From NCBI RefSeq assembly GCF_001481685.1, contig NZ_CP006867.1, positions 630,001-662,000 on the forward strand: DNA of 32,000 nt, read 5' to 3'. This document shows positions 7,485 through 16,315 of this stretch, in pieces; within the stretch, counting starts at the first letter, position 1, and each line of letters opens with the position of its first letter. A program made the position numbers and the translations under genes. Under the pieces are notes generated by a model, which was given only the letters and a program-made list of their open reading frames with translations, searched no databases and was not told the DNA's origin. Origin of the DNA: Ignicoccus islandicus DSM 13165. Lineage in GTDB: Archaea > Thermoproteota > Thermoprotei_A > Sulfolobales > Ignicoccaceae.

Positions 7485-8743
7485 AGATATTTTCTCGGAT
7501 CAGCTATTTTACCTTCGACTGCTGAAGCAGCCACCGTTGCTGGACTTGCTAAATAGACCTTGCTCTCTGGGTGACCCATTCTTCCCTTAAAGTTCCTATT
7601 GCTTGAAGATATAGCGACTTCGCCAGGTCCTAAGACACCCAGATGACCCCCTAGGCATGGTCCGCAAGTACTATGTGCCACGAAACATCCAGCGTCTACG
7701 AGGATATCAATGATTCCCTCTTTCAATAACTTCATGTACTGCTTGAGGGAAGCCGGGATAGCTATACATCTAACGCCATCTGCTATCTTCCTTCCTTTTA
7801 ATATCTTGGCTGCTTCTACGAAGTCTTCATACCTACCGTTAGTACAGCTTCCTATGAAGGCTTGATCTATAGGCGTTCCCTCTAATTCAGTAACCGGACG
7901 AACGTTGTCAACACTATGAGGTGCGGCGACTTGTGGTTCTAAATTAGAGACATCGAATTCCCATACGTCAGCATATTCCGCACCCTCATCAGGTCCAAAG
8001 GGCTTAATAGTAATACCTACTTCCTCGAAGAACCTTACGGTCGTCTCATCTGCGGGAACCATTCCTGCTTTGGCTCCCATTTCCACGCTCATATTAGCTA
8101 ACGTCATTCTGTCTGCGATATTCATTCTTCTAACAGTCTCTCCGTGATACTCGACTGCTTTATAGGTAGCTCCATCGACCGTGACTGTTCCGATTATATG
8201 GAGTATAACGTCCTTCGCGTAAACTCCCTTCGGAAGAGTCCCATTTATATTTACTTTCACGCTCTCCGGGACCATGAACCACAGCCTGCCCGTAAGCCAA
8301 ACCATTGCCATATCGCTCGCTCCAATTCCCGTTGCGAACGCTCCTACAGCGCCCGAAGTAACGGTGTGCGAATCAGCTCCAACTATTAACATTCCGGGTC
8401 TAGCGTATCTCTCCTCAACTAAAACTTGGTGACAAATACCACCCCTTCCGACGTCGTGGAACTTCTTTATTCCTAGTTTCCTTGATACTCTTCTCATAAT
8501 TAGCTGAAGTTCGGCAGCTCTTATTTTATCAGCGGGGACGTGGTGATCGAAGATTATCGCTACTTTGTCTGGATCCCATACCTTTACTTCTCCTGCTATT
8601 TCTTTCACTACTTCTACGACATGGGGGCCTGTTAGATCGTGAACCATCGCGAGGTCTATATCTGCTTCAACTATATCACCGGGACTAACACTGCTTCGTT
8701 TACTTGCTCTACTTAGTATTTTCTCGGCCATCGTTTGAGGCAT
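7481..8743 (-). CDS. aconitase-family dehydratase large subunit (3-isopropylmalate dehydratase / homoaconitase LeuC/HacA type), copy 1
   Basis: MPQTMAEKIL N-terminus. Cluster and substrate motifs VGADSHT, FIGSCTNGR and CGPCLGG are present. At 420 aa it matches archaeal LeuC/HacA size. No small-subunit gene is adjacent. Confidence 0.88.
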   Translation of the reverse strand: MPQTMAEKILSRASKRSSVSPGDIVEADIDLAMVHDLTGPHVVEVVKEIAGEVKVWDPDKVAIIFDHHVPADKIRAAELQLIMRRVSRKLGIKKFHDVGRGGICHQVLVEERYARPGMLIVGADSHTVTSGAVGAFATGIGASDMAMVWLTGRLWFMVPESVKVNINGTLPKGVYAKDVILHIIGTVTVDGATYKAVEYHGETVRRMNIADRMTLANMSVEMGAKAGMVPADETTVRFFEEVGITIKPFGPDEGAEYADVWEFDVSNLEPQVAAPHSVDNVRPVTELEGTPIDQAFIGSCTNGRYEDFVEAAKILKGRKIADGVRCIAIPASLKQYMKLLKEGIIDILVDAGCFVAHSTCGPCLGGHLGVLGPGEVAISSSNRNFKGRMGHPESKVYLASPATVAASAVEGKIADPRKYL

Positions 8744-8800
8744 GGTTGTCTAACCCTACCTTCGCCCTAGAAGCAACTCTTTAGTTTTATCCTTAACTAC

Positions 8801-9352
8801 TCAAAAACATTTCCTTATCATTAAATAAGCGTCTTCACCATCCATATAGTAGAATTTAAGTGTGGTAAAAATTTCGAATCCAAACTTCTTGTAGAGATTC
8901 TGTGCTCGGGTATTAGAGACCCTAACTTCCAAACATATTATCCTAAATACCTCTTCGGACGTAATGCTACCTTTTGAGCAGTGATCAATCAAAGCCCCGA
9001 GCAGTTTAGAACCTATTCCTCTGCCTTGGTATTCTCGTTTAACAGCTATCGAGAGTAAGTGGATGACTGAGTCATGCGGAATCCCTAATCTATGTGCAAC
9101 GTCTATAGGACACGTTATAACACCTCTCTCCGCCATTAAGTAACCAACTATTTCTCCATTAAGCTCGGCCACCAAAAACAAGTCCGGGTTCTTGTACAGT
9201 ACCCATTCGAAGAAACTATAAGGATAGTTCTCTGGTAGTTCCCTCCTATTAATTGCGACAACTGCCGGTAGGTCTTCTCTCGTTGCTCTTCTAACTACAA
9301 TGCCCCTTTCAACTACAGTCATTTTCGCCCATCCCTTAACGTACCACTTCAA
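8801..9352 (-). CDS. N-alpha-acetyltransferase, Ard1/Naa10-type GNAT (start more likely the Met at 9322)
   Basis: LPENYPYSFFEW, the acetyl-CoA motif QGRGIGSKLL, and LEVRVSNTRAQNLYKKFGF...YYMDGEDAYLM closely follow the pattern remembered for Sulfolobus Ard1. Confidence 0.8.
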   Translation of the reverse strand: MKWYVKGWAKMTVVERGIVVRRATREDLPAVVAINRRELPENYPYSFFEWVLYKNPDLFLVAELNGEIVGYLMAERGVITCPIDVAHRLGIPHDSVIHLLSIAVKREYQGRGIGSKLLGALIDHCSKGSITSEEVFRIICLEVRVSNTRAQNLYKKFGFEIFTTLKFYYMDGEDAYLMIRKCF

Positions 9353-9373
9353 TAGATTAGCGCGTTTGAAGAT

Positions 9374-9381
9374 TATTTTAA
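9374..9381 (+). promoter_or_regulatory. TATA box TTTTAAAT upstream of coaBC
   Basis: The octamer is identical to those upstream of the RNA genes. The predicted start at about 9405 is 10 nt before the GTG at 9415. Confidence 0.4.
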
Positions 9382-9414
9382 ATCGTTACTAGATTGAAAG
9401 GGTAGTGGAAGGCC

Positions 9415-10620
9415 GTGCATCCGGTCGAAGAGATTAGAGGTAGTAAATGGAATTCGTTGATGGGAAAATGTATACTTTTGGGTGTGAGTTACAGCGTAGC
9501 TCTATATAAGGCGATTGATTTAGCTAGGGAGTTGATAAAGCGTGGTGCAAACGTTAAAGTTGTAATGACTCAAGAAGCCTCTAGGGTAATTTCTCCGGAA
9601 ATCTTTCATTGGGCCACAGGAAACGATGTCGTCTATAAACTTAGTGGAGAAACTGAACATGTTACTCTATCAAGGGAATGCGATTCAATGGTAATATATC
9701 CAGCAACGTTAAACGTAGTATCGAAGCTCGCCTATGGAATAACGGACGATCCAGTAACCTTAACTGCAGTGAACTTTATCGGGTACTCCAAATACGTACT
9801 AGTGTTCCCAGTAATGCATAGATCCATGTATGATTCACCACAGTACTCCAATACGCTTAATATGTTAAAAAACATTGAAAACATTGTTCTTATTGAACCC
9901 GTCCTAGAGGATGGAAGAGTTAAGATATTAGATCCGCTAGAATCGGCTAATATAATTGAAAGCGTGACTTTACGTGGTAGAGATTTAAATGGCGTTAGGG
10001 CCTTAGTGACTGCCGGTCCTACTAGAGAGTACGTAGACAAGATACGCTTCATATCTAATCCGAGTAGCGGTAAGATGGGTGCAGCCATAGCATGGGAATT
10101 GTTTTCAAGAGGTGCTGAGGTATATGTTGTGAGAGGCCCATCGTTTGCCTCGTTCCCCCCTCAAGTCCAGATATATGACGTTGAAACAACTGAGGAAATG
10201 GCTGAGGTTGTAAAAGACATCGGGGAGGTAGATCTGGCATTCTTCGCGGCAGCTCCAGCTGATTACAAGCCAGCTGAAACCTTCCCAGGGAAAATAGATT
10301 CCAAGACTGAAATCGAGATTAAGCTATTACCTACACCTAAAGTCGCGAAAGTTAGCGCTGCAAAGAGGAAAGTTGGATTTACGGCAGTAGTGGGAGAGGA
10401 CATAATAGATGTTGCACTTACGAAAATGAATTCATACGGCTTCGATATGATCGTTGCCAATAAAGTTGATCGAAAGGACATAGGCTTTACCTCTGATATG
10501 AACGAAGTATACATTATTAGGAAAGATAAAACTATAAGACACGTTCCTAAGCTCCCTAAACTACTGGTCGCAAGGGCAATTGTGGATGAAAGCAAGGACT
10601 TGCTTCGAAATTCCGATTAA
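9415..10620 (+). CDS. coaBC: bifunctional phosphopantothenoylcysteine decarboxylase / phosphopantothenate-cysteine ligase
   Basis: The N-terminal flavoprotein half has ILLGVSYSVALYKA. The C-terminal CoaB half has VTAGPTREYVDKIRFISNPSSGKMG. 401 aa. Confidence 0.88.
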   Translation: MHPVEEIRGSKWNSLMGKCILLGVSYSVALYKAIDLARELIKRGANVKVVMTQEASRVISPEIFHWATGNDVVYKLSGETEHVTLSRECDSMVIYPATLNVVSKLAYGITDDPVTLTAVNFIGYSKYVLVFPVMHRSMYDSPQYSNTLNMLKNIENIVLIEPVLEDGRVKILDPLESANIIESVTLRGRDLNGVRALVTAGPTREYVDKIRFISNPSSGKMGAAIAWELFSRGAEVYVVRGPSFASFPPQVQIYDVETTEEMAEVVKDIGEVDLAFFAAAPADYKPAETFPGKIDSKTEIEIKLLPTPKVAKVSAAKRKVGFTAVVGEDIIDVALTKMNSYGFDMIVANKVDRKDIGFTSDMNEVYIIRKDKTIRHVPKLPKLLVARAIVDESKDLLRNSD

Positions 10621-11407
10621 CGTTAGTGGTATTTGGAAACCCGTTTATACGCCATCACCGATAAGCACGGGTTCTTTAGGAGCTGGTATTATACTACGTC
10701 CTGGTGTTATATGCTGTCCTTCAATAAAACCGTTTCCAGTACTTCCTCATCATAGATTCTTCAAACGTAAAGTTCTCTGTAAGTTTAAAATACCTCTAGG
10801 CAAAGGCTTCTCTACCTCGGCCGTTTACTCCCTAGCCCACGCACTACTAAACTTCAGTCAATTCACTAGCGCGGTATCTAAGGCGCACGAAGTAGAGGTC
10901 ATTATGAGAACTGGTTTGGGTGACGTGATGGCGATATCTTACGGATACGGATTAGCTATTAGAATTAAGGCCGGTGGGCCAGGATGGGGTCGAGTATTAT
11001 CTATACGAGAACGAGCCCGACCCGTAATCATTGGTGTACTTCCTAAGAGTTCATGGAAAGATACGCCATCGATGTTATCATCGATATCAGACTATAGTTT
11101 CTTTGAGAAACTTTGGGAGGAGTTATTGGAAGAACGTGACCTATCAACTTTTTTAGGTGTTTCTAGAAAGTTTTCCGAACATCTCGGAGCATATCCACGA
11201 GAACTAGGCTTTGTAAATGAAATCGAAGGAGTTATTGGAAGTTACGCTAAGAAATCAATTTTCGTTATTGTTCTAGAGAATTGGAGCGTCTATGAGGACG
11301 TGAAGTCTAAGGTTGAGAACTTCTTTGAAAAATTATACTCCTTTGAGATTACGTCCTCCGGTCTTATACCCCTCAATCACAATTTAATACTTCACCAAGA
11401 AGTGTAG
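10586..11407 (+). CDS. pantoate kinase (archaeal CoA pathway, GHMP-kinase family, COG1829-like)
   Basis: GHMP motif-II-like KIPLGKGFSTSAV, plus SLGAGIIL and MRTGLGDVMAISYGYGLAIRIKAGGPG. It lies directly downstream of coaBC and overlaps it. ATG at 10586 is preferred over the track's TTG at 10580. Confidence 0.6.
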   Translation: MKARTCFEIPINVSGIWKPVYTPSPISTGSLGAGIILRPGVICCPSIKPFPVLPHHRFFKRKVLCKFKIPLGKGFSTSAVYSLAHALLNFSQFTSAVSKAHEVEVIMRTGLGDVMAISYGYGLAIRIKAGGPGWGRVLSIRERARPVIIGVLPKSSWKDTPSMLSSISDYSFFEKLWEELLEERDLSTFLGVSRKFSEHLGAYPRELGFVNEIEGVIGSYAKKSIFVIVLENWSVYEDVKSKVENFFEKLYSFEITSSGLIPLNHNLILHQEV

Positions 11408-11422
11408 GCGGGGTAGACGCAA

Positions 11423-12172
11423 ATGGGTAAGAGGCTTAGACAACAGCGCCATGGTAGAGGAACGCCCCAATGGATGAACAGAGGACACCTCAGAGTAGCA
11501 CCGGCAAGGTACCCCTACCTCGATCCCACCAAGACCTACGAGGGAGTAATCTTAGAAATGAGACATGACCCTGGTAGGTGGGTCCCGCTAGCTAGAGTAG
11601 TGATACCCGGGGTTTCTGAATTCTGGATACCAGCCGGTGAAGGAATGTACGTTGGTCAAAAGGTAAAGATAGGACCCGACGCCGAACCTATTAACGGGAA
11701 CATACTTCCCCTCTCCAATATACCGGAAGGTATGCAAGTATTCAATATTGAACTTAGGCCAGGCGATGGTGGCAAGCTAGTTAGGGCCGGTGGAACTTAC
11801 GCTTTGGTAGTAGGTAAAAGCGGGAACAAGGTAATTGTTCAACTGCCTAGCGGCAAGGTGAAGCAAATAGACGGTAGGTGCAGAGCAACTATCGGAATCG
11901 TTGCTGGAGCTGGCAGAACGGAGAAACCATTACTCAAAGCTGGAAACAGTTACTATAAGTGGAAGGCCAAAGCGAAGAAGTGGCCTATAGTTAGAGGAGT
12001 TGCCATGAACGCGGTGAACCACCCCCACGGTGGTGGTAGCCACCAGAGTCCAAGCTTCCCCACAACTAGAGCCAGAGAAGCTCCACCGGGCCAGAAAGTT
12101 GGCCATATTGCAGCGAGATGTACTGGTAGAGGATGTAAGCAAGCCAAAGCGAAGTACTTTAAGATGGGTTGA
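11423..12172 (+). CDS. rpl2: 50S ribosomal protein uL2 (L2P)
   Basis: GRGTPQW..., SNIPEGMQVFNIELRPGDGGKLVRAGG and RGVAMNAVNHPHGGG are hallmark uL2 blocks. Confidence 0.93.
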   Translation: MGKRLRQQRHGRGTPQWMNRGHLRVAPARYPYLDPTKTYEGVILEMRHDPGRWVPLARVVIPGVSEFWIPAGEGMYVGQKVKIGPDAEPINGNILPLSNIPEGMQVFNIELRPGDGGKLVRAGGTYALVVGKSGNKVIVQLPSGKVKQIDGRCRATIGIVAGAGRTEKPLLKAGNSYYKWKAKAKKWPIVRGVAMNAVNHPHGGGSHQSPSFPTTRAREAPPGQKVGHIAARCTGRGCKQAKAKYFKMG

Positions 12173-12200
12173 AGTGAAACTTGAAATGGTAAGGATTAAT

Positions 12201-12209
12201 TTTTTAAAT
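12201..12209 (+). promoter_or_regulatory. TATA box TTTTTAAAT for tRNA-Ser (the T-run may also terminate rpl2)
   Basis: Exactly 23 nt separate the box from the first nucleotide of the mature tRNA (12233). This is the same sequence and spacing as at tRNA-Glu. Confidence 0.55.
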
Positions 12210-12232
12210 CTCACATGGAACCTATCCCTGGA

Positions 12233-12320
12233 GCCGGGGTCGCCTAGCCTGGTTAGGGCGCCGGCCTGCTAAGCCGGTGGGGGAAACCCCGCGCGGGTTC
12301 AAATCCCGCCCCCGGCGCCA
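12233..12320 (+). tRNA. tRNA-Ser (anticodon GCU), CCA encoded
   Basis: Manual fold: acceptor GCCGGGG/CCCCGGC, D-stem GCCU/GGGC, anticodon stem CCGGC/GCCGG with loop CUGCUAA, a 15-nt long variable arm (GGGG-GAAA-CCCC), T-arm GCGGG-UUCAAAU-CCCGC, discriminator G, and CCA. Confidence 0.92.
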
Positions 12321-12455
12321 TCCGTTCTCTACCTCTCTCGCGAATTGACTCGCTTGTTTGTCCGATTAGATGCCCAAAAATCAATGGTTTCGTTTAATTA
12401 CCTACTTACTAAATCACTTCAGACTTAAATGGACTAGATAGAGGGGGTAAAGGAT

Positions 12456-13019
12456 ATGCCTGAAAATTCTAATTCTAGAGACAAAGGTATTAGGATTGAT
12501 AACGTTGATATTGAAACAGTAGCGAAAGCCTTCGCGAACTTCAGTGAAAAATTCCTATTTGACATACTACCAGAGGAGTTGAGCAAGTACATTGGGGAGG
12601 GTGCATCAGTAGCACTTATTTACAATATAGTTAAGAAAGGTGCTAAAGAAACGCTAGGTGAAGAAATAAAGAAAGTGATGGAAATAAAAGGTCTCGAAGA
12701 CGCTTTGAAGGCTTGCTATCTACCCTATGCGTTAGTCGGAATGGATTTTGAACATGAAGAAGAGAAAGTTTCCGATAACGAGGTCATTGTTAAAGTTACT
12801 AAGTGTCCCCACTTCAAGTATACTAAGACCAAACCGTTTGCATGTGTTGCATGTGCGGCCGTGAAAGCTGGTATAATAGAAGACTTACGAGGAAAACCTG
12901 TACAAGTGATACTGAAGAAGAGGAAGGTGGGCAGTACTAATCCTAAGATAGTTATTGAAATAAAGAAACACATGCCCTCCGGAGATGAATATTGCGAATT
13001 CCACGTTAAGGAAATGTAA
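12456..13019 (+). CDS. hypothetical Cys-containing protein, possibly V4R-domain-like (COG1719-like)
   Basis: 187-aa ORF with VTKCPHFKYTKTKPFACVACAAVKAGIIEDL, reminiscent of the V4R small-molecule-binding domain. A purine-rich GAGGGGG lies upstream of the ATG. The family assignment is weak. Confidence 0.55.
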   Translation: MPENSNSRDKGIRIDNVDIETVAKAFANFSEKFLFDILPEELSKYIGEGASVALIYNIVKKGAKETLGEEIKKVMEIKGLEDALKACYLPYALVGMDFEHEEEKVSDNEVIVKVTKCPHFKYTKTKPFACVACAAVKAGIIEDLRGKPVQVILKKRKVGSTNPKIVIEIKKHMPSGDEYCEFHVKEM

Positions 13020-13075
13020 AATGCACGAATATTACTCTATATTATCTATATAATTTAAGCTTTACCCGAGGCTGA

Positions 13076-14083
13076 ATGCGAATGATACTCAAGCATCGTA
13101 AAAGGCCTGTAAAGAGAGAGAAAGTCGTTGTTGTACATCACAATGACTTCGACGGTATCATGGGTGCGGTAGCGCTCTATAGGTATCATTCGTCGTCCGA
13201 GTTTAAGGCGATTGGTTCATCTAGAAGGAACTTCCTAAAGAATTTCAAGAAAGCCGTAAAGGAGAAACCCAATGTGCTCTACGTAGTTGATATAGGACCA
13301 AATGAAAGCGAAATACCTATGCTAAGGGACTTACTCACTGGGAAGAACTTTAAGTTAATTTGGATGGATCATCATAAATGGACCGACGAAGTCCTCAAGT
13401 CCGTGAACGAGCTCGCAGATGAGGTAGTTTACGATAGAAGTACATGCGGTGCCGGATTAGCTGCTAGATACGTAGAATCTAAAGGCTATAGCCTATGCAA
13501 TTGTTGTAAGGAACTCGTCGATTTGAGTTGCGATATAGACTTATGGATAAGGTCTGATCCACGAAGCGAGAAAATGAGCTTGGCCTTAGGGAACTTGAGA
13601 TGGCGTGGATTTCTAGTAGATAAGCTATGGAAGTGTATTGGATGGGATAGAGATTGGGAGGACGCCTATAGGGAGGTATTGGAATATATGAACAAAGTAT
13701 TAGATAGAGGCTTAAACAAGAAAGTCGAGTTACAAGTAAACGGGATCAAGGCAATAGTCATACCAATAACGCGGAAGGAAATAGCTCTGGTTTCTTTCTT
13801 GGCCGAAGAGTTGAGGAAGAGAGCGCATTACGATGTAATAGTTTTCGTAAGCGATGTAGGGAGCGTTCATATGAGGAGGGGAAGCGAAACAATAGACTTA
13901 AGCGAACTTGCTAGAAAGTTGGGCGGTGGTGGACATCCGGCGGCGGCAGGCGCGAGCCTCAATTACACCTTCATAGATAAACTTATTCACAAGCTTTTCT
14001 TAAAGCCTAGAAGAATTGAAGAAATAGAGAAAGCACTTAAGGAAGTACTCAAAGAATCAAATGTGACGGAACGTACAGTGTAG
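13076..14083 (+). CDS. DHH/DHHA1 family phosphoesterase (NrnA/RecJ-like)
   Basis: Motif I VVHHNDFDGIMGA, motif III WMDHHKW, and the DHHA1 motif GGGGHPAAAGAS. Confidence 0.8.
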   Translation: MRMILKHRKRPVKREKVVVVHHNDFDGIMGAVALYRYHSSSEFKAIGSSRRNFLKNFKKAVKEKPNVLYVVDIGPNESEIPMLRDLLTGKNFKLIWMDHHKWTDEVLKSVNELADEVVYDRSTCGAGLAARYVESKGYSLCNCCKELVDLSCDIDLWIRSDPRSEKMSLALGNLRWRGFLVDKLWKCIGWDRDWEDAYREVLEYMNKVLDRGLNKKVELQVNGIKAIVIPITRKEIALVSFLAEELRKRAHYDVIVFVSDVGSVHMRRGSETIDLSELARKLGGGGHPAAAGASLNYTFIDKLIHKLFLKPRRIEEIEKALKEVLKESNVTERTV

Positions 14084-14503
14084 CTAGTCTTCATTCTCAC
14101 TACATCGCAATTTGCTCAAAGCGGTACCCTTTATCCAAACTTTAGAGAGAACGCCTAACTCATTTACTTTAAAGAGATGGGTGACATGGTTCGGTTTATC
14201 TGTAGAACCGAATTTAGGTATAGCAACTTCCATATTCTCAATAGCCAGATTGTAGAGATCGTCTTCAGTTAAGCAAGGGAAAAGGAAAGCTAATAACGGA
14301 TTACTGATTGGGGCAAGGTAATCGATGTGCCAATGAGGTTTCTTGAATGTTTTCAATAGGTGACGTTTAACTCTACTATAGAGACCTCCACTTCCCCATG
14401 CCGAGCCTATGTAGACGTATAGACCCTCCTGAAGGCGCCACTTCTCATTGTATTCCCTTTCGATTTCCAAAACGAGCATGTAAGCTCCGCGCACGTATCT
14501 CAT
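14084..14503 (-). CDS. DUF123 / GIY-YIG (Uri) superfamily nuclease-like protein
   Basis: GLYVYIGSAWGSGGLYSRVKRHL...PHWHIDYL matches the remembered DUF123 pattern (G.Y.YVGSA...R..RH....WHIDYL). Confidence 0.6.
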   Translation of the reverse strand: MRYVRGAYMLVLEIEREYNEKWRLQEGLYVYIGSAWGSGGLYSRVKRHLLKTFKKPHWHIDYLAPISNPLLAFLFPCLTEDDLYNLAIENMEVAIPKFGSTDKPNHVTHLFKVNELGVLSKVWIKGTALSKLRCSENED

Positions 14504-14575
14504 TCGATCCCTTATCCACTTAAACAGACTTTATGGATAGTATATTTTGCTCACGGCAACTCCTAACTGTTTCAA

Positions 14576-14593
14576 TTCAATTCATGAATTGAA
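14576..14593. promoter_or_regulatory. 18-bp perfect palindrome TTCAATTCATGAATTGAA, candidate operator
   Basis: The sequence is exactly self-complementary. An extra half-site GAATTGAA at 14604-14611 abuts the TATA-like AAATTTTAATT (14611-14621). An overlapping TTCAA repeat lies at 14571-14575. The element sits in the divergent intergenic region between the DUF123 gene and hcp. Confidence 0.5.
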
Positions 14594-14649
14594 CTCAATA
14601 TTAGAATTGAAAATTTTAATTCGTAATTTGAGGTATCGAGGAGAAAACC

Positions 14650-15981
14650 TTGACTGTGAGTCTTGCAATGAGATGTGATCAATGCGCTATGAGCCTTCCC
14701 GGCGGATGCACCTCTAGGGGAGTTTGCGGAAAGGACCCTGATCTAAATTCTCTCCAAGAAGCATTAATATATGGACTTAAAGGTACGGCTGCATACTATT
14801 ATCACGCGCTCGAGCACGGTTATAAAGATAGCGAGATAGATGAATTTCTTGCGAAAGCTCTATATACTACCCTAACCAACGTTAATTTCAATAAAGAACA
14901 TTTCATACAATTCATTCTAGAAGCTGGTAAAATACACCTTAAAGCCATGGAATTGCTCGATAAAGCCTACGTCGAAACGTACGGTCAACCGAAACCTACT
15001 GAAGTGCCCACAGGAACTGAAGAAGGTCACGGAATACTGGTTACCGGACACTCTTACAAGGCGATCTATGAACTCCTTAAGCAGATAAAAGAGAAGGGCT
15101 TAGAGAACGAAATAAATGTGTATACGCATTCCGAAATGTTGCCGGCGCACTCTTATCCTGTACTCAAGGGTTTCGGTAATTTGTGCTGTAATTGGGGAGG
15201 TAGTTGGGTCTATCAACTAAAGGAGTTCTCGCAATTCCCTGGACCAATTGTAGGGACATCTAACTGCGTCCAAGAGCCCTTGCCTACCTATGCTGATAGA
15301 ATGTTTACAGTTAGCGTAGCTGGATTGGAGAACGCGAAACACATCAACGATTTCGACTTCTCACCAGTGATAAAGAAGGCACTGGAAACTAAGAAGTTGG
15401 AGAAAAGAGAAAACGGTAAGATCGTCACGGGCTTTCATCATACTAACGTACTCCCGTTAATGGACAAAGTAATCGACTTGATCCACGAGGGCAAGATAAG
15501 GCACGTCTTCGTTATAGGTGGTTGCGATCTACCGAACAGTAAAATGAGTTACTACGAGGAATTAACCAGTTTGGTTCCTAAGGATAGCATAATTTTAAGT
15601 GCGGCATGTGCCAAGTTTAGGTATAATGCCAAGGATTACGGTTACATAGAAGGTATACCGAGATTCATGGACTTCGGTCAATGCAATAACGTATATTCGA
15701 TAATAGTCTTAGCAGCTGAATTATCCAAGAGGTTGGGTAAGGATCTTAACCAGCTACCAGTTAGCATTGTCCTTAGCTGGATGGAACAGAAGGCTGTTGG
15801 AATACTTTACACGCTGCTCTATTTAGGAATAAGGGGGATATACATAGGACCCGTTCTTCCTCAGTTCTTCACAAGCAATATAGCAGAAGAGTTCGTAAAG
15901 CGCTTCGACTTAAGGTTAGTCAGTGATCCTAAGAGCGACCTAAAGCAAATGCTCTCAAAGGGTATAACTGTCGGTAACTAA
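14650..15981 (+). CDS. hcp: hybrid-cluster protein / hydroxylamine reductase, short (class-III-like) form; likely start ATG 14668
   Basis: N-terminal Cys cluster MRCDQCAMSLPGGCTSRGVCGK. Later cluster ligand regions include GHSY, NWGGSW, GGCD and CAKF. At about 437-443 aa it is shorter than the enterobacterial Hcp. Confidence 0.85.
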   Translation: MTVSLAMRCDQCAMSLPGGCTSRGVCGKDPDLNSLQEALIYGLKGTAAYYYHALEHGYKDSEIDEFLAKALYTTLTNVNFNKEHFIQFILEAGKIHLKAMELLDKAYVETYGQPKPTEVPTGTEEGHGILVTGHSYKAIYELLKQIKEKGLENEINVYTHSEMLPAHSYPVLKGFGNLCCNWGGSWVYQLKEFSQFPGPIVGTSNCVQEPLPTYADRMFTVSVAGLENAKHINDFDFSPVIKKALETKKLEKRENGKIVTGFHHTNVLPLMDKVIDLIHEGKIRHVFVIGGCDLPNSKMSYYEELTSLVPKDSIILSAACAKFRYNAKDYGYIEGIPRFMDFGQCNNVYSIIVLAAELSKRLGKDLNQLPVSIVLSWMEQKAVGILYTLLYLGIRGIYIGPVLPQFFTSNIAEEFVKRFDLRLVSDPKSDLKQMLSKGITVGN

Positions 15982-16029
15982 ACATTGAAGCTAAGTATTT
16001 ACTCAATACGATTCCAATGAGACACAGTA

Positions 16030-16061
16030 GTTCGCGTTATCTCATCATCCGAACTATTTTT
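16030..16061 (+). terminator. hairpin GTTCG-N15-CGAAC followed by T5, possible hcp terminator
   Basis: Stem 16030-16034 pairs with 16050-16054, then TATTTTT (T-run 16057-16061), about 50 nt past the hcp stop. The T-rich tract could alternatively be a TATA box for the 16076 ORF. Confidence 0.3.
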
Positions 16062-16075
16062 ATTACGGGAGCTAT

Positions 16076-16315
16076 TTGGTAATTTACACTTTAAACCGAA
16101 TAGTAAATTGTCTCCGATTTTTGAATGAGAGAGATGCGATTTTAGCTAGCTATCCTGGCACGGTCCTATCACTTGATGAGATTGGTGGACTGTACGTCTT
16201 AAGCGTGGAAGTCTGCAGTAGTTATCACATTAAGTTGTTTAAGTCGAATTTGCGCAAGGCTGGCTTTAAGAAGCTTAGTAAGAAGGTAATTGTTAAGTGT
16301 TCAAAGAAGCTCTAG
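16076..16315 (+). CDS. hypothetical small basic protein (79 aa, TTG start)
   Basis: The only ORF in the 320-nt hcp-trpF gap. It has a Lys-rich C-terminus and overlaps the trpF 3' end by 15 nt. No homology recognised, so it may not be real. Confidence 0.3.
   Translation: MVIYTLNRIVNCLRFLNERDAILASYPGTVLSLDEIGGLYVLSVEVCSSYHIKLFKSNLRKAGFKKLSKKVIVKCSKKL

Noticed and set aside
12030-12272. Track ORF of 80 aa spanning the rpl2 3' end and running into tRNA-Ser
   Set aside because: It is an alternative-frame shadow of rpl2 and it overlaps a tRNA gene. The same applies to the antisense ORFs 11930-12214 and 11953-12147.
15990-16060. C/D box sRNA on the minus strand (AUGAUGA at about 16042-16048)
   Set aside because: No CUGA D or D' box occurs at the required 12-nt guide spacing, and there is no C' box or terminal stem. 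The hairpin plus T-run is better explained as the hcp terminator on the plus strand.
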